Below, in pieces: positions 27,215-35,346 of a stretch of 64,000 bases of DNA (positions are counted from its first letter, which is position 1; every line of letters starts with the position of its first letter). The stretch is from a virus. The translations under genes and the position numbers were made by a program. The DNA lies in the IMG/VR virus record IMGVR_UViG_3300037235_000042, positions 34,272 through 98,271 of that record; one strand, given 5' to 3'. Below the pieces are notes generated by a model that saw only the letters and a program-made list of their open reading frames with translations, searched no databases and was not told the DNA's origin.

Positions 27215-28372
27215 TTATCTCTGACACATCACGAGCGCTGTCCATGAGTAAGTGGTCAGGTTCGTGCCCGCAGCAATCTCGACAGAATCCTCCGGAGCCG
27301 CGCCCACGATCAATGGAGCTGCAGCGCCAGCGTCCGCACCGGTCGAGATATTCGCGTGGTTGAAGTTATATTCAAACAGCGCGTTGGTCAGGCCAGTTGC
27401 GATGACCGTGCCGACGTAACCGTTCAGCGCGGCTCCGTTGGTCAGGCCTTGGACCATCACTAAAGTATTGACTGGAAAATTCTGGACGGCGCTTAGAGAA
27501 ACCACGTTCGACGTCAGAACGCTGTTCGTTACGGAAGCCGAGAAGCCAGTAGTGATGGGCGTCCGGCCTTGCGTGACCATAGGAACAACGGATCCGGTGG
27601 TTTCTGAGCCAGTGGTGACGTTGGCATGGTTCAGGTTGAACGTGAACTGGGTCGCGGAAGCGGTTAAGACTTGAACCGTGTAACCGTTCAGAGCTGAAGC
27701 GTTCGTTAAACCTTGCAATAGGACTAGCTGGCCAGGGACGAACGTGTTGGCCGCAGTGATTGTGCCGACGTTCGACGCTAGGACGGTTGTGGTCGGGATT
27801 CCTGTAGCCACGCCTGCGAAGGTTGCTCCACCGCTCTGGGTCACGACTGGGTAGGCTAGAACTCCAGTATCGGCGGCTGAGCTGACTGCACCACCGATCC
27901 CCGCCCATGTGAACGAGAAGGTTGTAGCTGTGGCAGCAGTGACGTAGACGAGTTGTCCGTTGGCCTTAGCGATATTTCCGTTCGCTGCTCCTTGGAAGAC
28001 TACGAAGCATGGGGCCACGAGAGAATTAGGCGCGGTGATGGTTACCAAGTTAGCCGCTGTACAGACGCTCAGGGTGGAAGTTCCAGTCGCTGCTCCCAAG
28101 GTTAGGAACGTTCCAGACGGCGTGCCTGGGCCTTCAACTTGAAGCGTTCCTAGAGTGCTTTGATAAGCGAGTTCAAATTGCTGAAAAGAAGTCGACGCGC
28201 CAAGTTGAAGAACCCCGGCCAAGTGAATCCCGTCGAGCCCGAACAGCCCAGGCGTGAGCGGATAGCCTCCGGCAGGATAGCTCGAATCGCCGGTGATGGT
28301 GAACAGGCCGAACGGGGTAAGTCCGGCGAAGTCCAGCCCAGAATCCCCAAGTTTCGTAATCGTAAGCGCCAT
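27215..28372 (-). CDS. head decoration/fibre protein with three tandem beta-sandwich repeats
   Basis: GDSSYPAGGYPL...EIAAGTNLT frame interrupted by three ~65-aa repeats (QGLTN..ALNGY...F..N.NHAN). Confidence 0.6.
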   Translation of the reverse strand: MALTITKLGDSGLDFAGLTPFGLFTITGDSSYPAGGYPLTPGLFGLDGIHLAGVLQLGASTSFQQFELAYQSTLGTLQVEGPGTPSGTFLTLGAATGTSTLSVCTAANLVTITAPNSLVAPCFVVFQGAANGNIAKANGQLVYVTAATATTFSFTWAGIGGAVSSAADTGVLAYPVVTQSGGATFAGVATGIPTTTVLASNVGTITAANTFVPGQLVLLQGLTNASALNGYTVQVLTASATQFTFNLNHANVTTGSETTGSVVPMVTQGRTPITTGFSASVTNSVLTSNVVSLSAVQNFPVNTLVMVQGLTNGAALNGYVGTVIATGLTNALFEYNFNHANISTGADAGAAAPLIVGAAPEDSVEIAAGTNLTTYSWTALVMCQR

Positions 28373-28407
28373 TTTCCGTACCTCGCGAAACTTTCAAATC
28401 TTTCAAC

Positions 28408-29046
28408 TTAGAACAGGGGTAAATTGGCTTCGACGTCAGCCAAGTTGCTCGTGACTGTTCCGATGACCCAGCCGAGTAGCTTGTTGGTTGGGGCGGTGTT
28501 GACCGCAACGCCGGTCGGGGTCCAAGCAGTGGCTGAGCCGACGAGGCCTTGACCTTGCGAGGCTGAAGCGACGTAGGCTCCACCGATGTAGCCAGAAAGC
28601 CCGATGAACACGAAAGAGCCGTTCCCGCTGTTACGCAGGACAGAGATAGTGAACGCGGTTGTGCCCAGAGCAGTCGTGTTCGGCAGCAGCCAGCCTGCGA
28701 TAGAGTTGGCGTCGGCTAGTTGGGATTCAGACTGGAGATCGGTGACTTGGGTGTAGGTCTCGTCCGTCCAGTAGACCGGGGCAGGACCGGCTTTGACGGC
28801 GGTCGTGTCGGTGCTTTTGAACAAAACGTATTTCACCCATAGCCCTGAGCCTGACCCCTTCGACGTTGAAGCAGTCAGATATTGGTTTGACTGCAATCCG
28901 CCCTCACCAGCTCCAAGGAAATAGAGCGATCCCAGAGGGTTCAACGCGCCGTTGTTCTGCACGGTAGAGACATAAGGATCAGCGGTCCCGAAGACTCCGT
29001 TGCCCAAGACCAAGTTGGACGAGATTACTGGGTAATTTGGTAACAT
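28408..29046 (-). CDS. capsid decoration/cement protein (putative)
   Basis: directly after MCP, strong GAGGAG SD, beta-rich. Confidence 0.55.
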   Translation of the reverse strand: MLPNYPVISSNLVLGNGVFGTADPYVSTVQNNGALNPLGSLYFLGAGEGGLQSNQYLTASTSKGSGSGLWVKYVLFKSTDTTAVKAGPAPVYWTDETYTQVTDLQSESQLADANSIAGWLLPNTTALGTTAFTISVLRNSGNGSFVFIGLSGYIGGAYVASASQGQGLVGSATAWTPTGVAVNTAPTNKLLGWVIGTVTSNLADVEANLPLF

Positions 29047-29108
29047 TTTCTATTCTCCTCGCCCGATTGGGCAAGCTCAATTTCTATCAACCTACGACCA
29101 GATTACGA

Positions 29109-30080
29109 CTAGCTCGTGACTCCAGTCATGATGAATCCCAACCTCGGGGCCGTCACCACGATATCTCCGCCGTAGATATTCTGTCCCGCCATATCGATAG
29201 AGTTCGGCAGCTCCTTGAAGCCAGTAAAGCCGAACGCGAACAACGGATCCTCGGACACGTAAGCGTCGATATAGCTGGTGTTCATGCCGAAGATATCTCC
29301 GGACGGGCAGTATTGATCGACCACCACGGCCATTCCGTTAAACAGGAAGGATTTGAACCCGGCTCCCTGGAGGTCAGGGTCTTCCTTGAACGTGCGTTGC
29401 AGAGGAAGCATCTTGGCCCAAAAGGAGTTGTAGATCGTCTGGGTCGTGGCAATCAGGTCGGGCTGGTTAGGTCCGAAGGTCGCTTGACCGTAGGCAGTTT
29501 GCAGAGAATTCAAAGTGAACGGCCCGGCGAGATTGATGTAGTAGCCGTTGATGCCGTTCGACGCGCCCGTGCCCACGGCTGAACGGGTGACGCCGCCGTA
29601 GGACGCGTAGTTCGTGCCATCGTCGTAACCAGCGAGGATACCGTCTAGCGCGATCTGACTAGACACCGTGCCTTGACCGTCGCGGTAGAAGTCCTGGATC
29701 AGCGCCTGCGCGAGGGATTGTTCCCCGTTGACCATCTTGGGCTCGATGAAGTTCATGACCGCTTCCGGGCCACGGTTCAGAGGGAGGGCGGTGCGCTGGA
29801 TCGTTATATTGCTGTAATAATATTTGGGATTGAAGAACATCGCCGTCTGGGTCTGGACGTAGGAAATGTCGAACACGCCGCCCGGAGGAAACGGCCCGGC
29901 CTTCAACGGAGCGTACTGAAAGGGGACTTGGATCTGCAAGCCACCTTCAAAGGGCTTGGACATCTTGCCGCCCTTCCAGACTTTGACGAAGACTGGGCTA
30001 ACCTTAAAGTACGCGTCGACCATTTCATTGGACACGTAGTTGACAGTTACGGCGGAGATGTCCCCATAAGTGAGCGCCAT
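29109..30080 (-). CDS. major capsid protein (HK97 fold)
   Basis: GGLQIQVPFQY, LDGILAG, YGGVTRS, PDLIATTQTIY, GFKSFLFNGMAVVVDQYCP, NTSY motifs; follows scaffold. Confidence 0.85.
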   Translation of the reverse strand: MALTYGDISAVTVNYVSNEMVDAYFKVSPVFVKVWKGGKMSKPFEGGLQIQVPFQYAPLKAGPFPPGGVFDISYVQTQTAMFFNPKYYYSNITIQRTALPLNRGPEAVMNFIEPKMVNGEQSLAQALIQDFYRDGQGTVSSQIALDGILAGYDDGTNYASYGGVTRSAVGTGASNGINGYYINLAGPFTLNSLQTAYGQATFGPNQPDLIATTQTIYNSFWAKMLPLQRTFKEDPDLQGAGFKSFLFNGMAVVVDQYCPSGDIFGMNTSYIDAYVSEDPLFAFGFTGFKELPNSIDMAGQNIYGGDIVVTAPRLGFIMTGVTS

Positions 30081-30619
30081 CAGTTTATCCTCTTATCTCG
30101 ATCAACCTCTGACACGACTACCGCGTCAGACGGAAGATGCGGAGAATTTATTGCACGCAATTTATTTCGTAAATCCTCGTGTGCTTGAAGCTCTACAATC
30201 GAAATCTTTTTACCCTGCGATCCTTTAACCTTCAGCCGCATGAACGCCAGACCAATTTCAGCCTGTTCTCGTTTCATTATGAAATACGGCAAGCAATGTT
30301 CCAAGATCACGACCGCTCGCGTGTTGAACATCCGCCACGATTGGCAAACCTTGTTGCTCCGATAACTGGTAACTGCATTCTTGATCAGGTAAACAGCACC
30401 ACTAAAATTGTTCTGTAGCCACTCATGTAAACGAGGGTCAGTCCCAGAAACGATGACCTCCAGGTGGTATTGGAGATTGGTATAGCCCTTACGCTTACTA
30501 CGAGTGATTGAGATACAACCTTCTCCATCGATGAAGGCAGCTAAACGTGCCCAGTTTAGTTCAGACACTAAGGCGACCTTAGCTTCGAAATCTTCGCGAG
30601 ACGTTAGAGGTCTAGCCAT
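30080..30619 (-). mobile_element. free-standing single-motif LAGLIDADG homing endonuclease
   Basis: WARLAAFIDGEGCISI motif; LPYFIMKREQA downstream motif. Confidence 0.85.
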
Positions 30620-31392
30620 TAGGCCGCTGCCCCTTCTCTTGCCCGTTCAAGCTGCGCCAACCTCTCGGCAGCCTCCATAGCCCTAGTCTTTCCGTTTCCA
30701 TCTCCGGTCGTCTTCTTCGCGTCGGCGATGATCTGCTGGGCCGGTGACATGGACGCAGTGTGCGTCTGGGCCGGGACGGACTGGGAAGAAGTGAATTGTT
30801 TCTTGGCTTCTTCGACTTCTTTCTTGACCCGAGCTTCGATTCGCTTTTCCGATACCCAGTTGTTGTAGGCCGCGCTGATCGACGGCCAGTTCGCACCGGA
30901 TTTCTTCTGCTCGTTGACGTATTCGTCGAACTTAGTCAGGTCGAGGGACTCACCGAACTCCTTCTCGTGGGTGGACTCGATCCGGCTTAACTCATGGGAC
31001 GTTTTCAGCGCTTTCGAGAGGATCTGTCCTTCGTATTCAGGGAGCTTGGAAGCAGGGATGAAATCCTTCTTCAAGGCGTCGAGCTTGCTGTCGAGCAGAG
31101 TGGTTAGCTCGGCTAGGATAGACTTGTTGTCCGGAGTTCCGTTGTTCCGCGCAGCAGCGGCCTGACGGTCAGCTTCGGCTTTGTCAGCCATGGCCTTGCG
31201 GTCTTTTTCCGCCTGTTCGACACGCGCCCGTTCAGCTGCGTCGTCTTGGTCGTCATCGCCTTCTTCGCCCGTGTAGAATCGGTACAGCCGCTCGCCTTCT
31301 TGGAGACGTTTGGCGACGTCGGATTTGGCGGCGATCTTCGCAGCGGCGTCCTTGCCGACTAGAGCTTCGAGTTCTTCCAGGATTGTTGCCAT
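30619..31392 (-). CDS. capsid scaffolding protein
   Basis: charged coiled-coil protein between portal and MCP. Confidence 0.65.
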   Translation of the reverse strand: MATILEELEALVGKDAAAKIAAKSDVAKRLQEGERLYRFYTGEEGDDDQDDAAERARVEQAEKDRKAMADKAEADRQAAAARNNGTPDNKSILAELTTLLDSKLDALKKDFIPASKLPEYEGQILSKALKTSHELSRIESTHEKEFGESLDLTKFDEYVNEQKKSGANWPSISAAYNNWVSEKRIEARVKKEVEEAKKQFTSSQSVPAQTHTASMSPAQQIIADAKKTTGDGNGKTRAMEAAERLAQLERAREGAAA

Positions 31393-31441
31393 TTTGTGTA
31401 GTCCTTTTTCATTCCCCGAGATTTTAGATCTTACGTCCTAA

Positions 31442-31816
31442 CTAAGCTGGAACCGGTTGTGTTTCCATTCCCCCACCGCCTGCGTCCGGAGCCGGTCCCT
31501 GACCTTCCATGGCAGTTGGCTGTGGAGCTTCCTTCGACGGACTACCAGCCCCGTCAGCCTTCACGAACTTATCGTTGTACTTCTGCAGGAGATCGGAGAA
31601 CTGTTGGATCATGTCTCCTTTTTCCTTGTCTTCCCCAGCGGCTTTACGCCATTTCTCAAACACCCGGAACAACGTCTTGACGATTTCAACTTCGTCCTCT
31701 CCGGCGGGCTTCTTCTCTCCCGGAGGCTTCGGGCCGCCACCGCCGCCCGGCGCACCCATCCCAGCCATGTTCGAGTAGAACGAAGGTGGCGCAGGCGGCT
31801 TGGTGGGCGGGGCCAT
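31442..31816 (-). CDS. Pro/Gly-rich head-module protein
   Basis: disordered termini with central helical hairpin. Confidence 0.55.
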   Translation of the reverse strand: MAPPTKPPAPPSFYSNMAGMGAPGGGGGPKPPGEKKPAGEDEVEIVKTLFRVFEKWRKAAGEDKEKGDMIQQFSDLLQKYNDKFVKADGAGSPSKEAPQPTAMEGQGPAPDAGGGGMETQPVPA

Positions 31817-31822
31817 AGAAGG

Positions 31823-32044
31823 TTACTTAGGGCTAATCCCTTTCGACTTGTTCATGTGGCCCTCTGGGTAGCCGGTCTTAACATTGATCGGATCAGTTTC
31901 CTTCGGCCAGACAGTTCCTTCACGGAGGTCATGCCCGAACATGTGCATCTCGCCGCCCTGGATTGAAATAGTCGGCGGAGCGGAACCGAAAGACCGTTCC
32001 CGGACGTTCTCTTTCATCTTGGACTTGATTGGATCTTTGCTCAT
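31823..32044 (-). CDS. small head-module protein
   Basis: AGGAG SD, 73 aa. Confidence 0.55.
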   Translation of the reverse strand: MSKDPIKSKMKENVRERSFGSAPPTISIQGGEMHMFGHDLREGTVWPKETDPINVKTGYPEGHMNKSKGISPK

Positions 32045-32122
32045 CTGATAACTCCTGGTGAGAAGGTTGAGGAGAGGTTAAACTTGAAAGATCAACCTCT
32101 CCTGGAATCCGCTTAGCGGACG

Positions 32123-32173
32123 TTAGCGCTTGTGCTTACGTCCACCCTTTTTGCGACCCTTTTTACGTGCCAT
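32123..32173 (-). CDS. 16-aa basic micropeptide MARKKGRKKGGRKHKR
   Basis: read directly from sequence; AAAAGGAGAG SD upstream; below the ORF-track cut-off. Confidence 0.65.
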   Translation of the reverse strand: MARKKGRKKGGRKHKR

Positions 32174-32239
32174 CGGGTTCACTCTCCTTTTCTGAGATGT
32201 GAGGGTTTAGAGTTATGAATCCCGGCCTCCACCGTGATA

Positions 32240-32303
32240 ATTAAGGACCGGTGAAATCCTTAATCGAGAATGAGCGTATAACACGTCTATAGCCGAAGTA
32301 CAA
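32240..32303 (-). promoter_or_regulatory. capsid-operon promoter and leader hairpin
   Basis: TTGTAC-17-TATACG with extended TG; ATTAAGGA/TCCTTAAT stem at 32240-32264. Confidence 0.45.
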
Positions 32304-32325
32304 CAGAACAGAAAATATTTTTTAC

Positions 32326-34122
32326 CTACTTGCCTTTCCCGTGTTGGCCTTTGCCGGTTAGAGCGGCGTTGGCAGCGGCTACGAGTAACTTCAACCGGGC
32401 TTCTTCGAGCAGTTCTTCCTTATTGCGTTCGAAGTTGAAGTTAGGCTCAATCAACCGGAACAAACCACGAGAACTCAAATCGCCCATCTTCCGTAGCTGG
32501 AATGCGGCTTGGATCTTGTCGTTCTTTTCAATGGCCAAGGTTGATCCGGGCTTGATCACGAAGCTGAACTTGCGGACAAACTCTTCTGGCTTCATTCCTG
32601 AAGGTCGGGCTTCGCCGTAGATCGGGCGATAGTCGGCGGAGGTGATACCTTTGCCGCCCAGGATTTCGATGCGATGACCGACGGAGTAGAACTGGAGCAT
32701 GTTGCAAATGCCCATGTAGCCAGAGTCACGGAGGAAGCTTTCCAGAGCCCGAGATTGAACCCGGACTGGGGTAGAACGGGAATTCTTGATGGTTTCGAGC
32801 GCGTCTCCGCCGGGGATTTGCTTCTTGCCTAGAGCTTGGGTAATGGCTGAGCCGGTTGAAGTAGCTTCAGCTTCCTTTGAGATGTCCTGAAGATAGGTTA
32901 ACACGAACGCTGGGAGTTCACGGCGAGCTTGGAACTCGGGAGCTTTCGGAGAGTTGTTGTTGTATTTAATCTTTGCGCCGTAGGCTCCAGGGTCGAGCGC
33001 TTCCCAATCGGCGGGCGGGAACGCGGCTTTGGGCGCGATCAATGTAGGCTCGATGATCGAGATGATCATGTCGAGGATTCCGCCGTTCACCCGGTTCAGG
33101 ATGTTGTTCATCTGCATGATGGGCTTCATGGCAGGCATGCCCGAGAGCTTCCACGGAACGCGGAACGGGCGGAAGGTAGAGAAGGGGAATTTCGCGTGCC
33201 AGTAAGGGTTCGGAGAGTCAGCGAGCACGCAACCCCCAGCCGTGACGATCACGCGACCCCGAGGGTAGAGTTTCTCGCCAGGCTGAACGAGGTAGGACCA
33301 AGAGAATTTATCGTTCGGCACCCAGACCGGCTCGCTAGCTTCATTGACCGCATCATCGCGGAGCCAGAACTCTTTCAACATCGTCATTTGATATTGAGCA
33401 GAGATTGACTCGGGGACATCGCCTAGGAGTTGCTTGAGGACCGTGCCCATCCGGTTCCAGGATTCCTTGGAGACGTGTTTAGGCTTCATGACCTCGGAGC
33501 CGGAGAGGTCGGAGTATTGAGGATCAGGTTTTACCCGCCGGGCAGTTTCACCGTAGGTCCGCAACAAGTGTTCCAAGGTAACGACGTGGTAGTAGATCAG
33601 GCATTCGGCTTGCTGGAGATCCGTAGCCGCGCCGATGATCGCGAGGTTCCACGGGGCGATGGGGATCATTTGAATATCGCCCATGCCGCCGTTCAGGGAA
33701 GAGTTCCACTGAAGCTTGGCGTAACCGGTGTGGAGAAGGCCATAGGTAACGATGTCTTGGAGTGTGGCTTCGAAGTCGGAACGGAGAGCCCAATGGACAG
33801 CGAGCTGATTGAGCATTTCCTCGAACTCGTTGAAGTCGCCTAGGGAGTTGAACAGTTTGACTTGGAAGTCTAGCGCGAGGTCGGTTAACAGGCCGACGTT
33901 CTCCCAGAAATGCTTGTGGACCTTGTTAACCACCGGACGGGAACGAGCCCGGCGCATTTTCTCCGTCCATTGCTTTCCTTCCAAGTAATCCATGAGCTTC
34001 ATGGTGTCGCGGATTTCTCTCTCGCGATCTTTGTCCTGCATGGATTGCTGGAACAGGGATTCGGTCCACTGGATGACGGATTCTTCGAATTCCAGAGGCG
34101 AAGTTGGGATAAGCGCGGGCAT
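32326..34122 (-). CDS. portal protein
   Basis: 598 aa; YLEGKQW, RPVVNKV, GYAKLQWN, KLYPRGRVI, NPYWHAKFPF; between terL and scaffold. Confidence 0.85.
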   Translation of the reverse strand: MPALIPTSPLEFEESVIQWTESLFQQSMQDKDREREIRDTMKLMDYLEGKQWTEKMRRARSRPVVNKVHKHFWENVGLLTDLALDFQVKLFNSLGDFNEFEEMLNQLAVHWALRSDFEATLQDIVTYGLLHTGYAKLQWNSSLNGGMGDIQMIPIAPWNLAIIGAATDLQQAECLIYYHVVTLEHLLRTYGETARRVKPDPQYSDLSGSEVMKPKHVSKESWNRMGTVLKQLLGDVPESISAQYQMTMLKEFWLRDDAVNEASEPVWVPNDKFSWSYLVQPGEKLYPRGRVIVTAGGCVLADSPNPYWHAKFPFSTFRPFRVPWKLSGMPAMKPIMQMNNILNRVNGGILDMIISIIEPTLIAPKAAFPPADWEALDPGAYGAKIKYNNNSPKAPEFQARRELPAFVLTYLQDISKEAEATSTGSAITQALGKKQIPGGDALETIKNSRSTPVRVQSRALESFLRDSGYMGICNMLQFYSVGHRIEILGGKGITSADYRPIYGEARPSGMKPEEFVRKFSFVIKPGSTLAIEKNDKIQAAFQLRKMGDLSSRGLFRLIEPNFNFERNKEELLEEARLKLLVAAANAALTGKGQHGKGK

Positions 34123-34179
34123 GGACAGGTCAGAGGGAGGATAGCACGCAGGGGGGAAGGAAGGCTATTTGAAGTAGAA

Positions 34180-34707
34180 CTAAGTTGTAGCGTCGGAGCG
34201 CAGACCGGCAGCGTGGAGGATAGGGGCTAGCAAGTCGAGTTGTTTCTGCATGGCTTCAATCGTGCGTTCCTGTTCCTTGGCGTTGTGAAGCATGGCCACG
34301 ATGTCCTTTCCGGACTTAACGCCTTGGAGTTTCAACTCCTTGATCTCCGGGCCTTCGATGAAGATTATCGAGTCATCGGCTAAGGCTGCGAACACGGTTC
34401 TCAGGGTTACCAGGAGACGACCGGAGAATTTATCGTTTAATCTCTCCCATAAGGTAGGGTGAATCCATATCTCCCGTTTGACGTCGGTGTCCGCTGGTTG
34501 CTCGATGATTTTAGTTTTGATCATCTCGATCAGCTCGCCGCGCTCGGACATGGCCATTAGTTCCTTGTACGAAAATTGATGTGAAAATGTGCATTTAAAG
34601 AGGAACATATCACGGGAGAGGACCACGTCGACGTTGTTACGTTTACAGGTCGGGCAGAATATGTAGGAAGACCGTGGGTCCAACTGGGGAACGATGTTCT
34701 GGGGCAT
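34180..34707 (-). CDS. hypothetical protein with N-terminal CxxC..CxxxH zinc site
   Basis: CPTC...CTFSH. Confidence 0.55.
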   Translation of the reverse strand: MPQNIVPQLDPRSSYIFCPTCKRNNVDVVLSRDMFLFKCTFSHQFSYKELMAMSERGELIEMIKTKIIEQPADTDVKREIWIHPTLWERLNDKFSGRLLVTLRTVFAALADDSIIFIEGPEIKELKLQGVKSGKDIVAMLHNAKEQERTIEAMQKQLDLLAPILHAAGLRSDATT

Positions 34708-34719
34708 AGGCTACTCTAA

Positions 34720-35316
34720 CTACTGGATCTTATCTATCTTTAAGATTGGTTTACTTGGACTCTTCGGAATTAGGCTAACACCATTCCACAACTCCCCCAT
34801 AGGACCGTCACCCACATAAACTTTTCTGTCATAAACATCGTCGATTTTAGGGGCTACAGGCAAAGTCCAAGAATTAAACTTGTAGAAAATCCACCAAGAA
34901 AAATTGAACAATTTTTTGGCAAACTTCAACCTAAAAACCAAATCCAGATCTGGATGTTTCCTAACATAGGACGCCCAGGCTAAATTACGTGCAGCTTTGT
35001 AGGGATTACTGCCCACAGCAGACTTTATCACAGGACCAGCCGCATGGACGTACATGATAAAGGCCATGTTGTCGTAGACCAGATTAGGGCCAAAACAATC
35101 CAACAGATGAGAAGAAAATTGACGCTTGGCAGGCTCAATGCCGTTGTATATTGTCGAGAACTCTTCAGTTGTCAAACATACTATTGGAATCTCCTTGTCA
35201 TTGTATGAAATGGTTTTGGGCCTAGAAGACCAAGGAGGAAAACTACGTGCAGGTAATTTGAGAGTCACTTCAGATTTGATCCTCGACAACAACGCACGGT
35301 GGTTCATACTCGACAT
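34720..35316 (-). CDS. AT-rich hypothetical protein (moron-like)
   Basis: composition differs visibly from terL and portal. Confidence 0.5.
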   Translation of the reverse strand: MSSMNHRALLSRIKSEVTLKLPARSFPPWSSRPKTISYNDKEIPIVCLTTEEFSTIYNGIEPAKRQFSSHLLDCFGPNLVYDNMAFIMYVHAAGPVIKSAVGSNPYKAARNLAWASYVRKHPDLDLVFRLKFAKKLFNFSWWIFYKFNSWTLPVAPKIDDVYDRKVYVGDGPMGELWNGVSLIPKSPSKPILKIDKIQ

Positions 35317-35346
35317 GCTAATCCTACAACTATGAAGTAGTCAAGA

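Noticed and set aside
30080-30619. Group I intron or intein hosting the LAGLIDADG
   Set aside because: The ORF has its own start and stop, overlaps both neighbours by one base, and MCP appears uninterrupted
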